DNA from: Waddliaceae bacterium
Lineage (GTDB): Bacteria > Chlamydiota > Chlamydiia > Chlamydiales > Waddliaceae
Reading direction: 5' to 3'
DNA: 38,934 nucleotides
Assembly: GCA_963724325.1 (NCBI GenBank)
Contig: CAVRUH010000010.1
Coordinates: 1 to 38,934 of the forward strand
Under the pieces are notes generated by a model that worked only from the letters and a program-made list of their open reading frames with translations, was not told where the DNA came from and did no database searches. The translations under genes were made by a program, and so were the position numbers. Shown here in pieces: positions 1-10,244 of this stretch; the first letter of the stretch is position 1; each line of letters begins with the position of its first letter.

Positions 1-1980
1 CCCCTCAAAATAGCCTTTTTAAAATCAGGATTGTGCAAACAGGCCTCAGCATGGATGGATTCCGATATTACTGAAGTCCCCTTCGTACTAAATTTCAGAG
101 GATGCAATCCCGAAAATGCCGAACCTCTGGAAAAACTCACATACAAAACCCTTTCAAAAATAGCAGAAGAAGGCGTTCCCGAAAATTTAATTGAAAACGC
201 CATCCATCAAGTTGAATTCCACCGTTGCGAAATTACTGGAGACTCCTCGCCCTACGGATTATCCCTTTTTATGCGGGCAGTTCCCCTGAAACAACATGGA
301 GGCCTTCCTGAAGATGGTTTAAAGGCCATTTCACTATGCGAAACTCTACGTCAAAAGTTTAAAAATAACCCTGGATACGTAGGGGAATTGATTCGAAAAT
401 ACTACCTCAATAACCCCCATTTTGTCAGGATATCTCTCATTCCCGATAAATCACTCTCCGAAAAGGAAGCGGCTGATGAAAAAAACAAATTAGATAAGCT
501 ACGCAAAGAAATTAACCCCGATCAAATCATTAAAAAAGCACAAGAGCTCATCGAACTACAGAAAATGGAACATCAAGCTAATCATGACATCCTCCCTAAA
601 GTGACCCTTCAAGACGTTCCTAAAATGGGAAAAGACTACCCATTGACACAGGAGCAATGCGGCAATTTGAAGGTTTTTCATCACACCACATTTACGAATC
701 ATATTGTCTATGCCGATGTAATCATTCCTCTGCCAGAAATTAAAGAAGAGGAGCTTCCATTAGTGCAGCTCTTTGCCCTGTTGCTACCTCAAATTGGTTG
801 CGGAGGACGCGATTATGCCAAAAATCTAGAGTTTATTCAAGCCAATACCGGCGGATTATCAGTTTCAACGACATTAAACCGACAAGCGACTGACGGCAAT
901 ACATTTTTTCCATCCTTTACAATTCATGGGAAGGCGCTGTATCGAAAAGCCGACAAGTTATTTGAATTACTAAAAGACATGTCTCTATCGGCCGATTTTA
1001 CAGATGCAGATAGAATAAAAGAAATCATCTTAAAGCAGTATTCCGGCATGCAGGGAAGCCTGATTCAAAATGCTGTCAGGTACGCCATGAGCATGGCTTC
1101 AAGTGGAATTAATATCCCCTCTTACATAGCGAATGCTTGGGGAGGTCTAAATTACTATTGGTCATTAAAGAATATCGTTGAAAATTATGATAGTGATAAG
1201 TTGTTGAAACAAATGCAAGGACTGCAAAAACGATTGTTATGCCTAAAGGACTCGCATCTTATTTTGGCTTGCGATGAAAAAATGTATGAAGACCTTAAAA
1301 AAACCAATTTTTATGATTTAACAAAAGTTCCAGGCAATGACTTTACTTCGTGGAAAAGTGATTTTAAAGTCGAAAATGTGCCAGCACAAGGTCGTGTAAT
1401 CGCCTCTCCCGTTGCATTTATTTCTCAGGCCTTTGGGACAATACCCTATGTGCATCCAGACAGCCCTTGTTTGTCGGTAGCTTCGCATCTTTTTGATACA
1501 CTTGTCCTCCATCCGGTCATTCGGGAAAAGGGAGGAGCCTATGGAAGTCACGCGAACCTAAGCGCTACTGCTGGAATATTCTCGTTCTATTCCTACCGTG
1601 ATCCTAATATTAGTAAATCATTGAAGGCCTTTGAGGATGCTGTGAAAGGTGTTGTACAAGGTAAATTCACTCTGAGTGATTTGGAGGAGGCTAAGCTTGA
1701 GATGTTCCAGAATATGGATGCTCCTATTTCACCAGGCAGTCGTGCTTATGCTTCGTACAGCTGGCTACGCGAAGGCAAATCAGCTGAGGTTCGCCAAAAG
1801 TGGCGTGAGAGGCTTATTGCCATTACTAAAGAGGATATTGTGAATGCGGTTAAGACACATATTGAACCAAAGGTCCATAGTGCCAGTACAGTAGTGTTAG
1901 CAGGAAACGACCTCCTCCAAAAAGAGAACAAAGTGCTTGCCTCCCAAGGTAAGCCCGCATTAAAAATCGAACAGATTTAA
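1..1980 (+). CDS. M16C (PreP/Cym1-like, insulinase family) zinc metallopeptidase, C-terminal part; 5' end lies outside the window
   Basis: Frame is open from base 1 (PLKIAFLKSGLCKQ...). It has the PreP C-terminal motifs 'IREKGGAYG', 'FYSYRDP', 'TFTNHIVYAD' and 'ILPKVTLQDVP'. The HxxEH site is not in the window. Confidence 0.88.
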   Translation, partial: PLKIAFLKSGLCKQASAWMDSDITEVPFVLNFRGCNPENAEPLEKLTYKTLSKIAEEGVPENLIENAIHQVEFHRCEITGDSSPYGLSLFMRAVPLKQHGGLPEDGLKAISLCETLRQKFKNNPGYVGELIRKYYLNNPHFVRISLIPDKSLSEKEAADEKNKLDKLRKEINPDQIIKKAQELIELQKMEHQANHDILPKVTLQDVPKMGKDYPLTQEQCGNLKVFHHTTFTNHIVYADVIIPLPEIKEEELPLVQLFALLLPQIGCGGRDYAKNLEFIQANTGGLSVSTTLNRQATDGNTFFPSFTIHGKALYRKADKLFELLKDMSLSADFTDADRIKEIILKQYSGMQGSLIQNAVRYAMSMASSGINIPSYIANAWGGLNYYWSLKNIVENYDSDKLLKQMQGLQKRLLCLKDSHLILACDEKMYEDLKKTNFYDLTKVPGNDFTSWKSDFKVENVPAQGRVIASPVAFISQAFGTIPYVHPDSPCLSVASHLFDTLVLHPVIREKGGAYGSHANLSATAGIFSFYSYRDPNISKSLKAFEDAVKGVVQGKFTLSDLEEAKLEMFQNMDAPISPGSRAYASYSWLREGKSAEVRQKWRERLIAITKEDIVNAVKTHIEPKVHSASTVVLAGNDLLQKENKVLASQGKPALKIEQI

Positions 1981-1996
1981 AGACATGGCTTGAGCT

Positions 1997-3847
1997 CGCG
2001 GCAAAGGTTATTTTTTGCATTGACCCACGATTTGCGCTTACAGCGCTACATCTTGGGCTATTATTGAAGGCATCCCTATGGGATGCGCAAAGGTAATATT
2101 AATGGTTGTGTCTTTTGCCGGTGGAATTTCTTGCCCTTTATCCCGTAGGGATTTTTTTCAATAATAGCCCATGATTTGCGCTTACAGCGCTGCATCATGG
2201 GCTATTTTTGAAGGCATCCCTATGGGATGCTCAAAGGTGATATTAATGACTGTGTCTTTTGCTGGTGGAATTTCTTGCTCTTTATCCCGTAGGGATTTTT
2301 TTCAATAATAGCCCATGATGTAGCGCTGTAAGCGCAAATCGTGGGTAATGTCAAAATATTTCCTTAGTCGCGTAGCGACTATTTATCTTATATTAGGTGC
2401 CGCTACGCGGCAAAGGTTATTTTTTGCATTGACCCACGATTTGCGCTTACAGCGCTGCATCATGGGCTATTTTTGAAGGCATCCCTATGGGATGCGCAAA
2501 GGTGACATTAATGGCCGTGTCTTTTGCCGGTGGGATTTCTTGCCCTTTATCCCGTAGGGATTTTTTTCAATAATAGCCCATGATGTAGCGCTGTAAGCGC
2601 AAATCGTGGGTAATGTAAAATATTTCCTTAGTCGCGTAGCGACTATTTATCTTATATTAGGTGCCGCTACGCGGCTAAGGTTATTTTTTGCATTGACCCA
2701 CGATTTGCGCTTACAGCGCTGCATCATGGGCTATTATTGAAGGCATCCCTATGGGATGCGCAAAGGTAATATTAATGGCTGTGTCTTTTGCCGGTGGGAT
2801 TTCTTGCCCTTTATCCCGTAGGGATTTTTTTCAATAATAGCCCACGATTTGCGCTTACAGCGCTACATCATGCGCTATTATTGAAGGCATCCCTATGGGA
2901 TGCTCAAAGGTGATATTAATGACTGTGTCTTTTGCTGGTGGAATTTCTTGCTCTTTATCCCGTAGGGATTTTTTTCAATAATAGCCCATGATGTAGCGCT
3001 GTAAGCGCAAATCGTGGGTAATGTCAAAATATTTCCTTAGTCGCGTAACGACTATTTATCTTATATTAGGTGCCGCTACGCGGCAAAGGTTATTTTTTGC
3101 ATTGACCCACGATTTGCGCTTACAGCGCTACATCATGGGCTATTATTGAAGGCATCCCTATGGGATGCGCAAAGGTGACATTAATGGCTGTGTCTTTTGC
3201 CGGTGGAATTTCTTGCCCTTTATCCCGTAGGGATTTTTTTCAATAATAGCCCATGATGTAGCGCTGTAAGCGCAAATCGTGGGTAATGTCAAAATATTTC
3301 CTTAGTCGCGTAGCGACTATTTATCTTATATTGGGTGCCGCTACGCGGCAAAGGTTATTTTTTGCATTGACCCACGATTTGCGCTTACAGCGCTGCATCA
3401 TGGGCTATTATTGAAGGCATCCCTATGGGATGCGCAAAGGTGACATTAATGGCTGTGTCTTTTGCCGGTGGAATTTCTTGCCCTTTATCCCGTAGGGATT
3501 TTTTTTAATAATAGCCCACGATTTGCGCTTACAGCGCTACATCATGCGCTATTATTGAAGGCATCCCTATGGGATGCTCAAAGGTGATATTAATGACTGT
3601 GTCTTTTGCTGGTGGAATTTCTTGCTCTTTATCCCGTAGGGATTTTTTTCAATAATAGCCCATGATGTAGCGCTGTAAGCGCAAATCGTGGGTAATGTCA
3701 AAATATTTCCTTAGTCGCGTAGCGACTATTTATCTTATATTAGGTGCCGCTACGCGGCAAAGGTTATTTTTTGCATCGACCCACGATTTGCGCTTACAGC
3801 GCTACATCGTGGGCTATTATTGAAGGCATCCCTATGGGATGCGCAAA
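1997..3847. repeat. Mosaic tandem array of palindromic REP/BIME-like units: 14 copies of a 34 bp hairpin core with two alternating linkers and a ~673 bp super-period
   Basis: Core CCCACGATTTGCGCTTACAGCGCT(A/G)CATCATGGG occurs forward at 2024, 2168, 2433, 2697, 2841, 3106, 3371, 3515, 3780 and reverse at 2312, 2577, 2985, 3250, 3659. Spacings are 144 or 120-121 bp. No ORF >=60 aa. It lies between convergent genes. Confidence 0.95.
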
Positions 3848-3938
3848 TTTGTACAGAATACTAGGCTTATATATTTAAGGCCTTGAGCCTTTTTATGAAT
3901 CAATAAAAATCTCGTGGAAAAGCACTAATTTACTTCAC

Positions 3939-4394
3939 TTAAATCATCTTCAAAATATTTCTGATTGATACAGGAATCATTAATTTCCATTTGCTACCCA
4001 CACTTTTGTTTGCTCTTGTGGGTCGATGATCCTCAACTGCTACCTCAAACTTTTCACAAATGATTTCAAAAGATGGTTCATCATAAAGATCTAAAAACTG
4101 ATACACTTTATAAGGATGGTCCTCAGGAATTTCAATATATTCACTTTTTAATGCCTCTTGCAATAAGTCAGAATGAGAGGTTAATTCACAAAGGGTGCAT
4201 GTCCAATGACTTTTATCTACAAAATAAATAACATTTTTAAAAGAAATTTTTAGTACCCGAGCATCCCATGCTTCAATAGTAAAAAGAAGATTATCGCTAT
4301 CTAGTGTATAAGCATATGAAATAAATTCTGAGTCATCAAGTCCAACCGGCAATTTTATTTTATTTCTTTCGATATTCATATCTATAAAAACCAT
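3939..4394 (-). CDS. Putative RHS immunity protein, paralogue B' (the start may be MNIERN at 4379)
   Basis: Shares GLDDS..ISY.Y.L, WD, ELTS.S and YKVYQFLDL.DEPSFEIICEKFE motifs with three neighbouring genes; last gene downstream of the RHS toxin. Confidence 0.65.
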   Translation of the reverse strand: MVFIDMNIERNKIKLPVGLDDSEFISYAYTLDSDNLLFTIEAWDARVLKISFKNVIYFVDKSHWTCTLCELTSHSDLLQEALKSEYIEIPEDHPYKVYQFLDLYDEPSFEIICEKFEVAVEDHRPTRANKSVGSKWKLMIPVSIRNILKMI

Positions 4395-4476
4395 AACGAT
4401 ATTTTTTCAAATGTTGTTTTCATTTAACCCTTGTCAGAATCAATTTTTGGCAATTTTCTATACATCCCAAGACTTT

Positions 4477-4857
4477 TTATAATTTACTCGAATCAGGTCG
4501 ATAATCCTCAACCTCTACCTCAAACTTTTCACAAATAATTTCAAAGGATGGTACGTCATCAAGATCCAAAAACTGATATACCTTGTATTGATCGTATTCT
4601 CGTATTTTGGGATAAGGATCCTTCAAAGCTTGTTCTAGGAAAGCTGAATGCGATGTCAACTCATAAAAGCCACAGATCAACTGACATCCCACATCAATAA
4701 ATCTAAGTACTTTAAAAAATGAAATTTTTATAGAACTTGCATCCCATCCTTGAATATTAAATACAAGTGTATCATCATTTAATATATACATGTACGAAAT
4801 CAGATCAGAATCATCTAGTCCCGATCCGACTTTAATTTTTACTCTTTTAGTTTCCAT
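4477..4857 (-). CDS. Putative RHS immunity protein, paralogue A'
   Basis: 126 aa, near-copy of 5428..5808 at a 951 bp offset; AGGAG RBS upstream. Confidence 0.7.
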   Translation of the reverse strand: METKRVKIKVGSGLDDSDLISYMYILNDDTLVFNIQGWDASSIKISFFKVLRFIDVGCQLICGFYELTSHSAFLEQALKDPYPKIREYDQYKVYQFLDLDDVPSFEIICEKFEVEVEDYRPDSSKL

Positions 4858-4949
4858 AAATCTCCTATATTACTGACGTCTGGTCCCATGCTTCTTCATT
4901 TAATCTTATCGACTCCAGTGATACAGCCTTTTCAACAAATAGTTACAAA

Positions 4950-5336
4950 CTATAAATCGAGCAAACTTGGACTACGATCCCCAACATTTATTTCAAACTT
5001 TTCACAAATAACTTCAAAGGAGGGTTCATCATAAAGATCTAAAAACTGATAGACTTTGTAAGGATGGTTCTCAGGTACTTCCAAATATGTTGTATTTAAA
5101 GCCTCTTTAAGGTTTTCTGACTGTGAAGTCAATTCGCAAAGTAAACACGTCCAATGAGTGCCTTTATCTATAAAATGAATGACGTCCCTAAAAGTTATCG
5201 TTAGAACATGTGAATCCCAAGCCTGAATTATAAAAATAAGACTATTTTGATCTAACGCATAAGTATACGAGATGAAATCTGAGTCATCAAGACCAACAGG
5301 TAATTTTATTGAATTTCTTTCGATATTCATATCCAT
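4950..5336 (-). CDS. Putative RHS immunity protein, paralogue B
   Basis: 128 aa, same family motifs; most similar to 3939..4394. Confidence 0.7.
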   Translation of the reverse strand: MDMNIERNSIKLPVGLDDSDFISYTYALDQNSLIFIIQAWDSHVLTITFRDVIHFIDKGTHWTCLLCELTSQSENLKEALNTTYLEVPENHPYKVYQFLDLYDEPSFEVICEKFEINVGDRSPSLLDL

Positions 5337-5427
5337 AAAAACCCTAACGATATTTTTTCAAATGTTGTTTTCATTTAACCCTTGTCAGAATCAATTTTTG
5401 GCAATTTTCTATACATCCCAGGACTTT

Positions 5428-5808
5428 TCATAATTTACTTGAATCAGGTCGATATTTCTCAACTGCTACTTCAAACTTTTCACAAATGATTTCATAGGAT
5501 GGCTCATCATCAAGATCCAAAATCTGATATACCTTATATTTTCCCTTTTCTTGTATTTTAGGATAGGGTTCCTTCAAAGCTTGTTCTAGGAAGGTTGAAT
5601 GAGACGTCAATTCATAAAAGCCACAGGTCCATTGGCTTCCCGTATCAATAAATCTCATTACATTAAAAAATGAAATTTTTATAGAACTTGCATCCCATCC
5701 TTGAATATTAAATACAAGTGTATCATCATTTAATGTATACATGTACGAAATCAGATCAGAATCATCTAGTCCCGATCCGACTTTAATTTTTACTCTTTTA
5801 GTTTCCAT
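5428..5808 (-). CDS. Putative cognate RHS immunity protein, paralogue A
   Basis: Small acidic protein starting 17 bp after the RHS stop with an AGGAG RBS, the canonical immunity-gene position. Confidence 0.75.
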   Translation of the reverse strand: METKRVKIKVGSGLDDSDLISYMYTLNDDTLVFNIQGWDASSIKISFFNVMRFIDTGSQWTCGFYELTSHSTFLEQALKEPYPKIQEKGKYKVYQILDLDDEPSYEIICEKFEVAVEKYRPDSSKL

Positions 5809-5825
5809 AAATCTCCTATTTAAAA

Positions 5826-8800
5826 CTAAGCTCCGGGGAATCTTTCACCTGGTAAAAATCCTGTACCGTCCCCTAGATTGTAATTTTCTGGTTTACACTT
5901 TCTTATATTAGTCTTTTTCCATGGCTCCAAGGGATGAGCTCGATACTCTACATGATAATGCTGTTCATGGTGTCTTGGATTATACACATCTGCAGTTTCA
6001 AATGCATGCTTTTCTGGACGAATGCGAATATTATCAGCTGTGTAGATGCGGCCTTTATGATCTCGAGGCAACTGTGGCAATAGATCTTTAGGATTTTCTG
6101 GAAATACATTCTTGGGTAAAGACCGAGTGGAAACAGCATTCTTAACATTAGATCCTTCGTAAATAGTTAGAGATCTGTTCGCACAAATACCAGCACTAGT
6201 TTCCAAAGTTTGTGCTCCTGCGGCAGCAGGAGCGCGGAGTAGGCTGATGCCAGCTTCGGCAGCCTGAGCGCCGCCATAATATGCTGCAGCGCTTACTGTA
6301 GCTCGAACAAGGCTCACTACAACAATCCCCATTCCCAAATACCGGCCATTAGTCGCTCCTATATAATGTGCACGGTCATACCGGTCCATGTCTTCCCATA
6401 TTTCAGAGGGCATTTCCATGGAGTTTTTTGAATATGCACCAATAGGATCCATCATCCCATCAATGGCACCATAACATAATCCGCTTCCATGACATAAAAG
6501 CTCCATCGACGTTCTGCCGCATTCTGCAGCTCCACTGCAAAAACTTTCAAATCCCTCCGTCCAAAGTCCATTTGGATCAATATAAACAATCGGACTATTC
6601 TGAACATAAGCATAAAGATTCGTACCATCCTCAAACCAAATAGGATCAGGACCGATCCACTTGCCAATTTCAGGATCATAATACCTTCTGCCAAAATATC
6701 CCAAGCCAGTTTCACTATCAATACGTTTTCCACTAAAGCGCCATGGATTAATAGAATCAGTAGTTTTAACTCCTGCATAATCAAAAATTTCTTCCACACC
6801 ATAAGCTGAATATCTATATGTCTCAATAATATTTCCAACTTCTGTCAAAATGGAAACCACATTCCCACGATGATCATGAATAGGCACATATATCTTACTA
6901 TCAAATTCAAAAGCAGCGCTATTTTTCAAGCTCCCAGGAACCATGATTTTCAACTCTTTAATTTTTCCATGACGGTCCATGGCGCCAATCTCAGTATCAG
7001 TGGCATAAATGTACTTTTCGAATAAAGTTTCTTTCCAAATACCATCAATACTTTCTAAGACCTGCTTTGTCATCCTTCTATGGAAGGCATCATACTCAAA
7101 TTTCACCTTGGTTTTGCCTTCTACAACTTCAACTAACCGATCTAAAGTATCAAACTTACAATCCTGATTCTTAGCACTTCTCAAAACCGAATTTCGATTT
7201 CCATTCTGATCATATCGATATATGACAGGTCCCTGAGACAACAGTTGATTCAGTACGTTATTCTCATAAATAACATCATCCATTTTCGTTCGATTAAATC
7301 TCGAATCATAATTATAGGTATGATGCACAACACCATTCTCTGCAATCAATTGATCCAATGCATCATAGGCATAATTGTGAACAAGCGTTCCAACAGCATC
7401 CTCACTTCTATATTTGACCAATCGATTGCATGAATCATAACCGTCGACAGGAATATTCTGCGAAAAATAAGGTGTGCATATATCCGTCAAACGAAGCGCA
7501 TAGTCATAGGAATAGCTCGCTTCTCCTATCAAAAAGGGAAGTGCAACTTTCTTGATTTTTCCCGATAAATCATATGTATATTGATAATGGTAATGCCTTT
7601 TGCCTGTATCACGCGATAACTTTACCAAATTTCTCGCATCGTATTCACACGAAATCGAGGATCTATCTGGAAGAATCAACTTTCGAGTGCGGCCGAGATT
7701 ATCATAATAATATTTTAACTCAATGCCGTTATCTAAAATTTCTCTAACAACTCTATCATTCACATCATACTCGCGACATGTTATGACTTTGGTAATTAAA
7801 TTCGAGACTGAAATGATATTATCATTCGAATCATACTCATATTGATGATGGAATCCACCTGCACTGTCAATTTCATCTATCAAACGACCCAAGGCATTAT
7901 ACAGAAAGGCTATTTCTGCTCCATCCGGCTTGACGATGCGAGATATTTTCCCAAGACAATTATATTCTTTTCTGGTGATCTTGCAATCAGGTGTCCCAAC
8001 GGCTTCAATAATAGTAATCTCCTGATTTCTCTCATCATACTCAAACCTTGTTTCAATAGGTTTTTTGTCTTCATCAAGTTGGTCCTCGAACCTATTCACA
8101 AGATTTCCGGCTCCATCATATTGATGGGTCACACGACGCATGAGGTTTCCATATGGGCTTTTATACTGTTCCGCTTCTAAATCGCCCTTTTCATCGTAAA
8201 TGCTGATTGTACTGTTTCCTAGAGCATCAATTTCTTCTTCGTATTTAACGCAATTACCTCGTGAATTGTGATAATTATAATCTCTAAAAAATCGGGTTGC
8301 TTCACGATTTGGATGGATAATCTTTAGAAGCTGATCATAGCAATCATACTCATAAATCTCTTGAATAATGGCTTCTGAAGACTTCATTGATTTACTAGTT
8401 ATATTTCCATTTTCGTCATAGGTATAATTCAAATGGCTGAAAACTTTTCCAAGTGTATCTTCAATCCGTTCTTCAAGAACTCGATCAAGGAAGTCGTAAA
8501 GATTAATCGTTTTCCTATAATAACCGTGAGAATATTTTTCCCACGTTTCATGCTTTCTCCCTAAGGTATCATATACGTATCGCGACTCTGCGTCGCCCTT
8601 GATTGTTTTAATTAATCTTCCGGCATGATCATAAGTATATTTTGTAATATTTCCACTCCCATCTCTTTCTTGAAGCAGATGGAAAGCATTATAAACCCAA
8701 GTATTTTTTGAAACAAATATTCTATTTGAATCAAACGTCTGCTTCAATATCAATCTGTCCTTGAAATCGTATTTGTACAGGATGTAAGAACCATTTGGTA

Positions 8801-9866
8801 AAACTGATTGCTTTAAATTCCCTCGCAAGGTGTATAAATGCGACTCAACAGCTCCACAAGGATGGACAATTAGCGTAGGTTTGCCAAGTGCGTTGTATGT
8901 CATTCTTGTTATATGACCGTTGCCGTCTTCTTTTAGGATAACATTATTGAATTCATCGTAGCCGATTGTTTCGATTGATTTTGCTTCGGGATGTGTTGTT
9001 TTCTCAAGTCGATTAAATTCGTCATATTGATATCTTGTGGTATTGCCATAGATATCTGTGAAAGTGATTTTGTTTCCACGCAAGTCGTATGTAAACTGTT
9101 TTGAAAGGACAGTTCCATTGTCAAAAATTTGCGATTCATTAATTAGTCGATTTGAATAGTCATACGTATATGTTGTATAATAATCATTATCTGAAGTTTT
9201 GGAATAAATTTTATTTCTGTTTGCATCATATTTGTACTTAGAGATTTCTCCAATTGCGTTTTTCTCCCAAAGTACATTTCCCATGGAATCGTATTTCCAC
9301 TCCAAAGAGTATGCTAACTGGTAATCACTGCCATACACGTCATGTCGAACTGGACGTCCTGAATGGGAATAAGTAATGACTGTCCTTTTTAGCAAGACCT
9401 CATCCTCTGTTTCCAAATCAAGATATTTTTCCTCAATGACCTCAGGCAAACCTTTTGGCTCTTGTCTGGTGTAGCTAATTCTCTTTATATGTCTTTCGGA
9501 AACTCCTGAGAGGTTGTTGATATCCTCATTACTACCGTCATCTTTTATTTCCAGATTAACTGTTCCACACCCAGCGTATTCGAAATAATTTCGCACTAAT
9601 ATTTTATCATTTTTCTTGATATATCTTGTCTTGAGATGATCTGATTTGGGATAATACGTACTATATATTTGTTTGATGCCATCATTTTCAAAGCAAATTT
9701 GGTCATGGGAGGTATAGGAAAGGAATTTAGAATATACATCGAAATTCCCCATTCCCGTCAAGTCGCCGGATGTTTTTTCTTCAATGGGATTTCCTCGTTC
9801 ATCATATTCGTATTCTTTGATGAGAAGGGGGGTTTTTCCAGCATCAAAAAGAGTCCGTTTTTTCAA
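5826..9866 (-). CDS. RHS/YD-repeat polymorphic toxin with a C-terminal His-rich (HYH) toxin domain; probably N-terminally truncated
   Basis: Many YxYD..G repeats; RHS core end 'NPWRFSGKRIDSETGLGYFGRRYYDPEIGKWIGPDP...NLYAYVQNSPIVYIDPNGL'; then a Gly/Ala-rich segment and a distinct tip. Confidence 0.92.
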   Translation of the reverse strand: MKKRTLFDAGKTPLLIKEYEYDERGNPIEEKTSGDLTGMGNFDVYSKFLSYTSHDQICFENDGIKQIYSTYYPKSDHLKTRYIKKNDKILVRNYFEYAGCGTVNLEIKDDGSNEDINNLSGVSERHIKRISYTRQEPKGLPEVIEEKYLDLETEDEVLLKRTVITYSHSGRPVRHDVYGSDYQLAYSLEWKYDSMGNVLWEKNAIGEISKYKYDANRNKIYSKTSDNDYYTTYTYDYSNRLINESQIFDNGTVLSKQFTYDLRGNKITFTDIYGNTTRYQYDEFNRLEKTTHPEAKSIETIGYDEFNNVILKEDGNGHITRMTYNALGKPTLIVHPCGAVESHLYTLRGNLKQSVLPNGSYILYKYDFKDRLILKQTFDSNRIFVSKNTWVYNAFHLLQERDGSGNITKYTYDHAGRLIKTIKGDAESRYVYDTLGRKHETWEKYSHGYYRKTINLYDFLDRVLEERIEDTLGKVFSHLNYTYDENGNITSKSMKSSEAIIQEIYEYDCYDQLLKIIHPNREATRFFRDYNYHNSRGNCVKYEEEIDALGNSTISIYDEKGDLEAEQYKSPYGNLMRRVTHQYDGAGNLVNRFEDQLDEDKKPIETRFEYDERNQEITIIEAVGTPDCKITRKEYNCLGKISRIVKPDGAEIAFLYNALGRLIDEIDSAGGFHHQYEYDSNDNIISVSNLITKVITCREYDVNDRVVREILDNGIELKYYYDNLGRTRKLILPDRSSISCEYDARNLVKLSRDTGKRHYHYQYTYDLSGKIKKVALPFLIGEASYSYDYALRLTDICTPYFSQNIPVDGYDSCNRLVKYRSEDAVGTLVHNYAYDALDQLIAENGVVHHTYNYDSRFNRTKMDDVIYENNVLNQLLSQGPVIYRYDQNGNRNSVLRSAKNQDCKFDTLDRLVEVVEGKTKVKFEYDAFHRRMTKQVLESIDGIWKETLFEKYIYATDTEIGAMDRHGKIKELKIMVPGSLKNSAAFEFDSKIYVPIHDHRGNVVSILTEVGNIIETYRYSAYGVEEIFDYAGVKTTDSINPWRFSGKRIDSETGLGYFGRRYYDPEIGKWIGPDPIWFEDGTNLYAYVQNSPIVYIDPNGLWTEGFESFCSGAAECGRTSMELLCHGSGLCYGAIDGMMDPIGAYSKNSMEMPSEIWEDMDRYDRAHYIGATNGRYLGMGIVVVSLVRATVSAAAYYGGAQAAEAGISLLRAPAAAGAQTLETSAGICANRSLTIYEGSNVKNAVSTRSLPKNVFPENPKDLLPQLPRDHKGRIYTADNIRIRPEKHAFETADVYNPRHHEQHYHVEYRAHPLEPWKKTNIRKCKPENYNLGDGTGFLPGERFPGA

Positions 9867-10244
9867 GAAAGTGTACTCAAAAGTATCCTTAACACCCCAA
9901 ACGAATCTTTCACTGCGATATAACGAACCATTTTGACAATAGCTATCTATTGCTTTCAGCCTCTGTTCGGGTGAAAATGCATAAGTAGTTTTGTAAATAG
10001 TCTATAAGGCATCAACGGTCCCTTGAAATGTGAGTGAATCTAATCGATGTTTGCATTTAAATCAACAGGAATGGTGATCTTTTTCGTCGTTTCGGTAATA
10101 TCAGTTTGAGTGACAGAAAAAGTAACTTTAAGGTATATATAAGCAACTATTCTCTGGCTATTTTTACTACGCCTTCAGCGTAGGAAAAATGGGACGAAAA
10201 CCTCTGGGAGATTTAAAGAGAAAATTTGATGCATTTAAAGAAGG

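Noticed and set aside
1997..3847. CRISPR array
   Set aside because: The intervening sequences are two recurring linkers of 87-110 bp rather than unique spacers, the repeats switch orientation, and no cas genes are present.
1997..3847. Integron attC cassette array or repeat-coding gene
   Set aside because: No cassette ORFs between units, no integrase, and no ORF >=60 aa.
3939..5808. Diversity-generating retroelement or orphan toxin-tip/immunity modules
   Set aside because: No reverse transcriptase or template repeat; the spacers (~80-90 bp) are too short for toxin tips.
5948..9923. Short alternative-frame and antisense ORFs within the RHS gene (likewise within hss, the ATPase, gdh, the USPs and rpoC)
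   Set aside because: Shadow ORFs overlapping well-supported genes, with no recognisable motifs.
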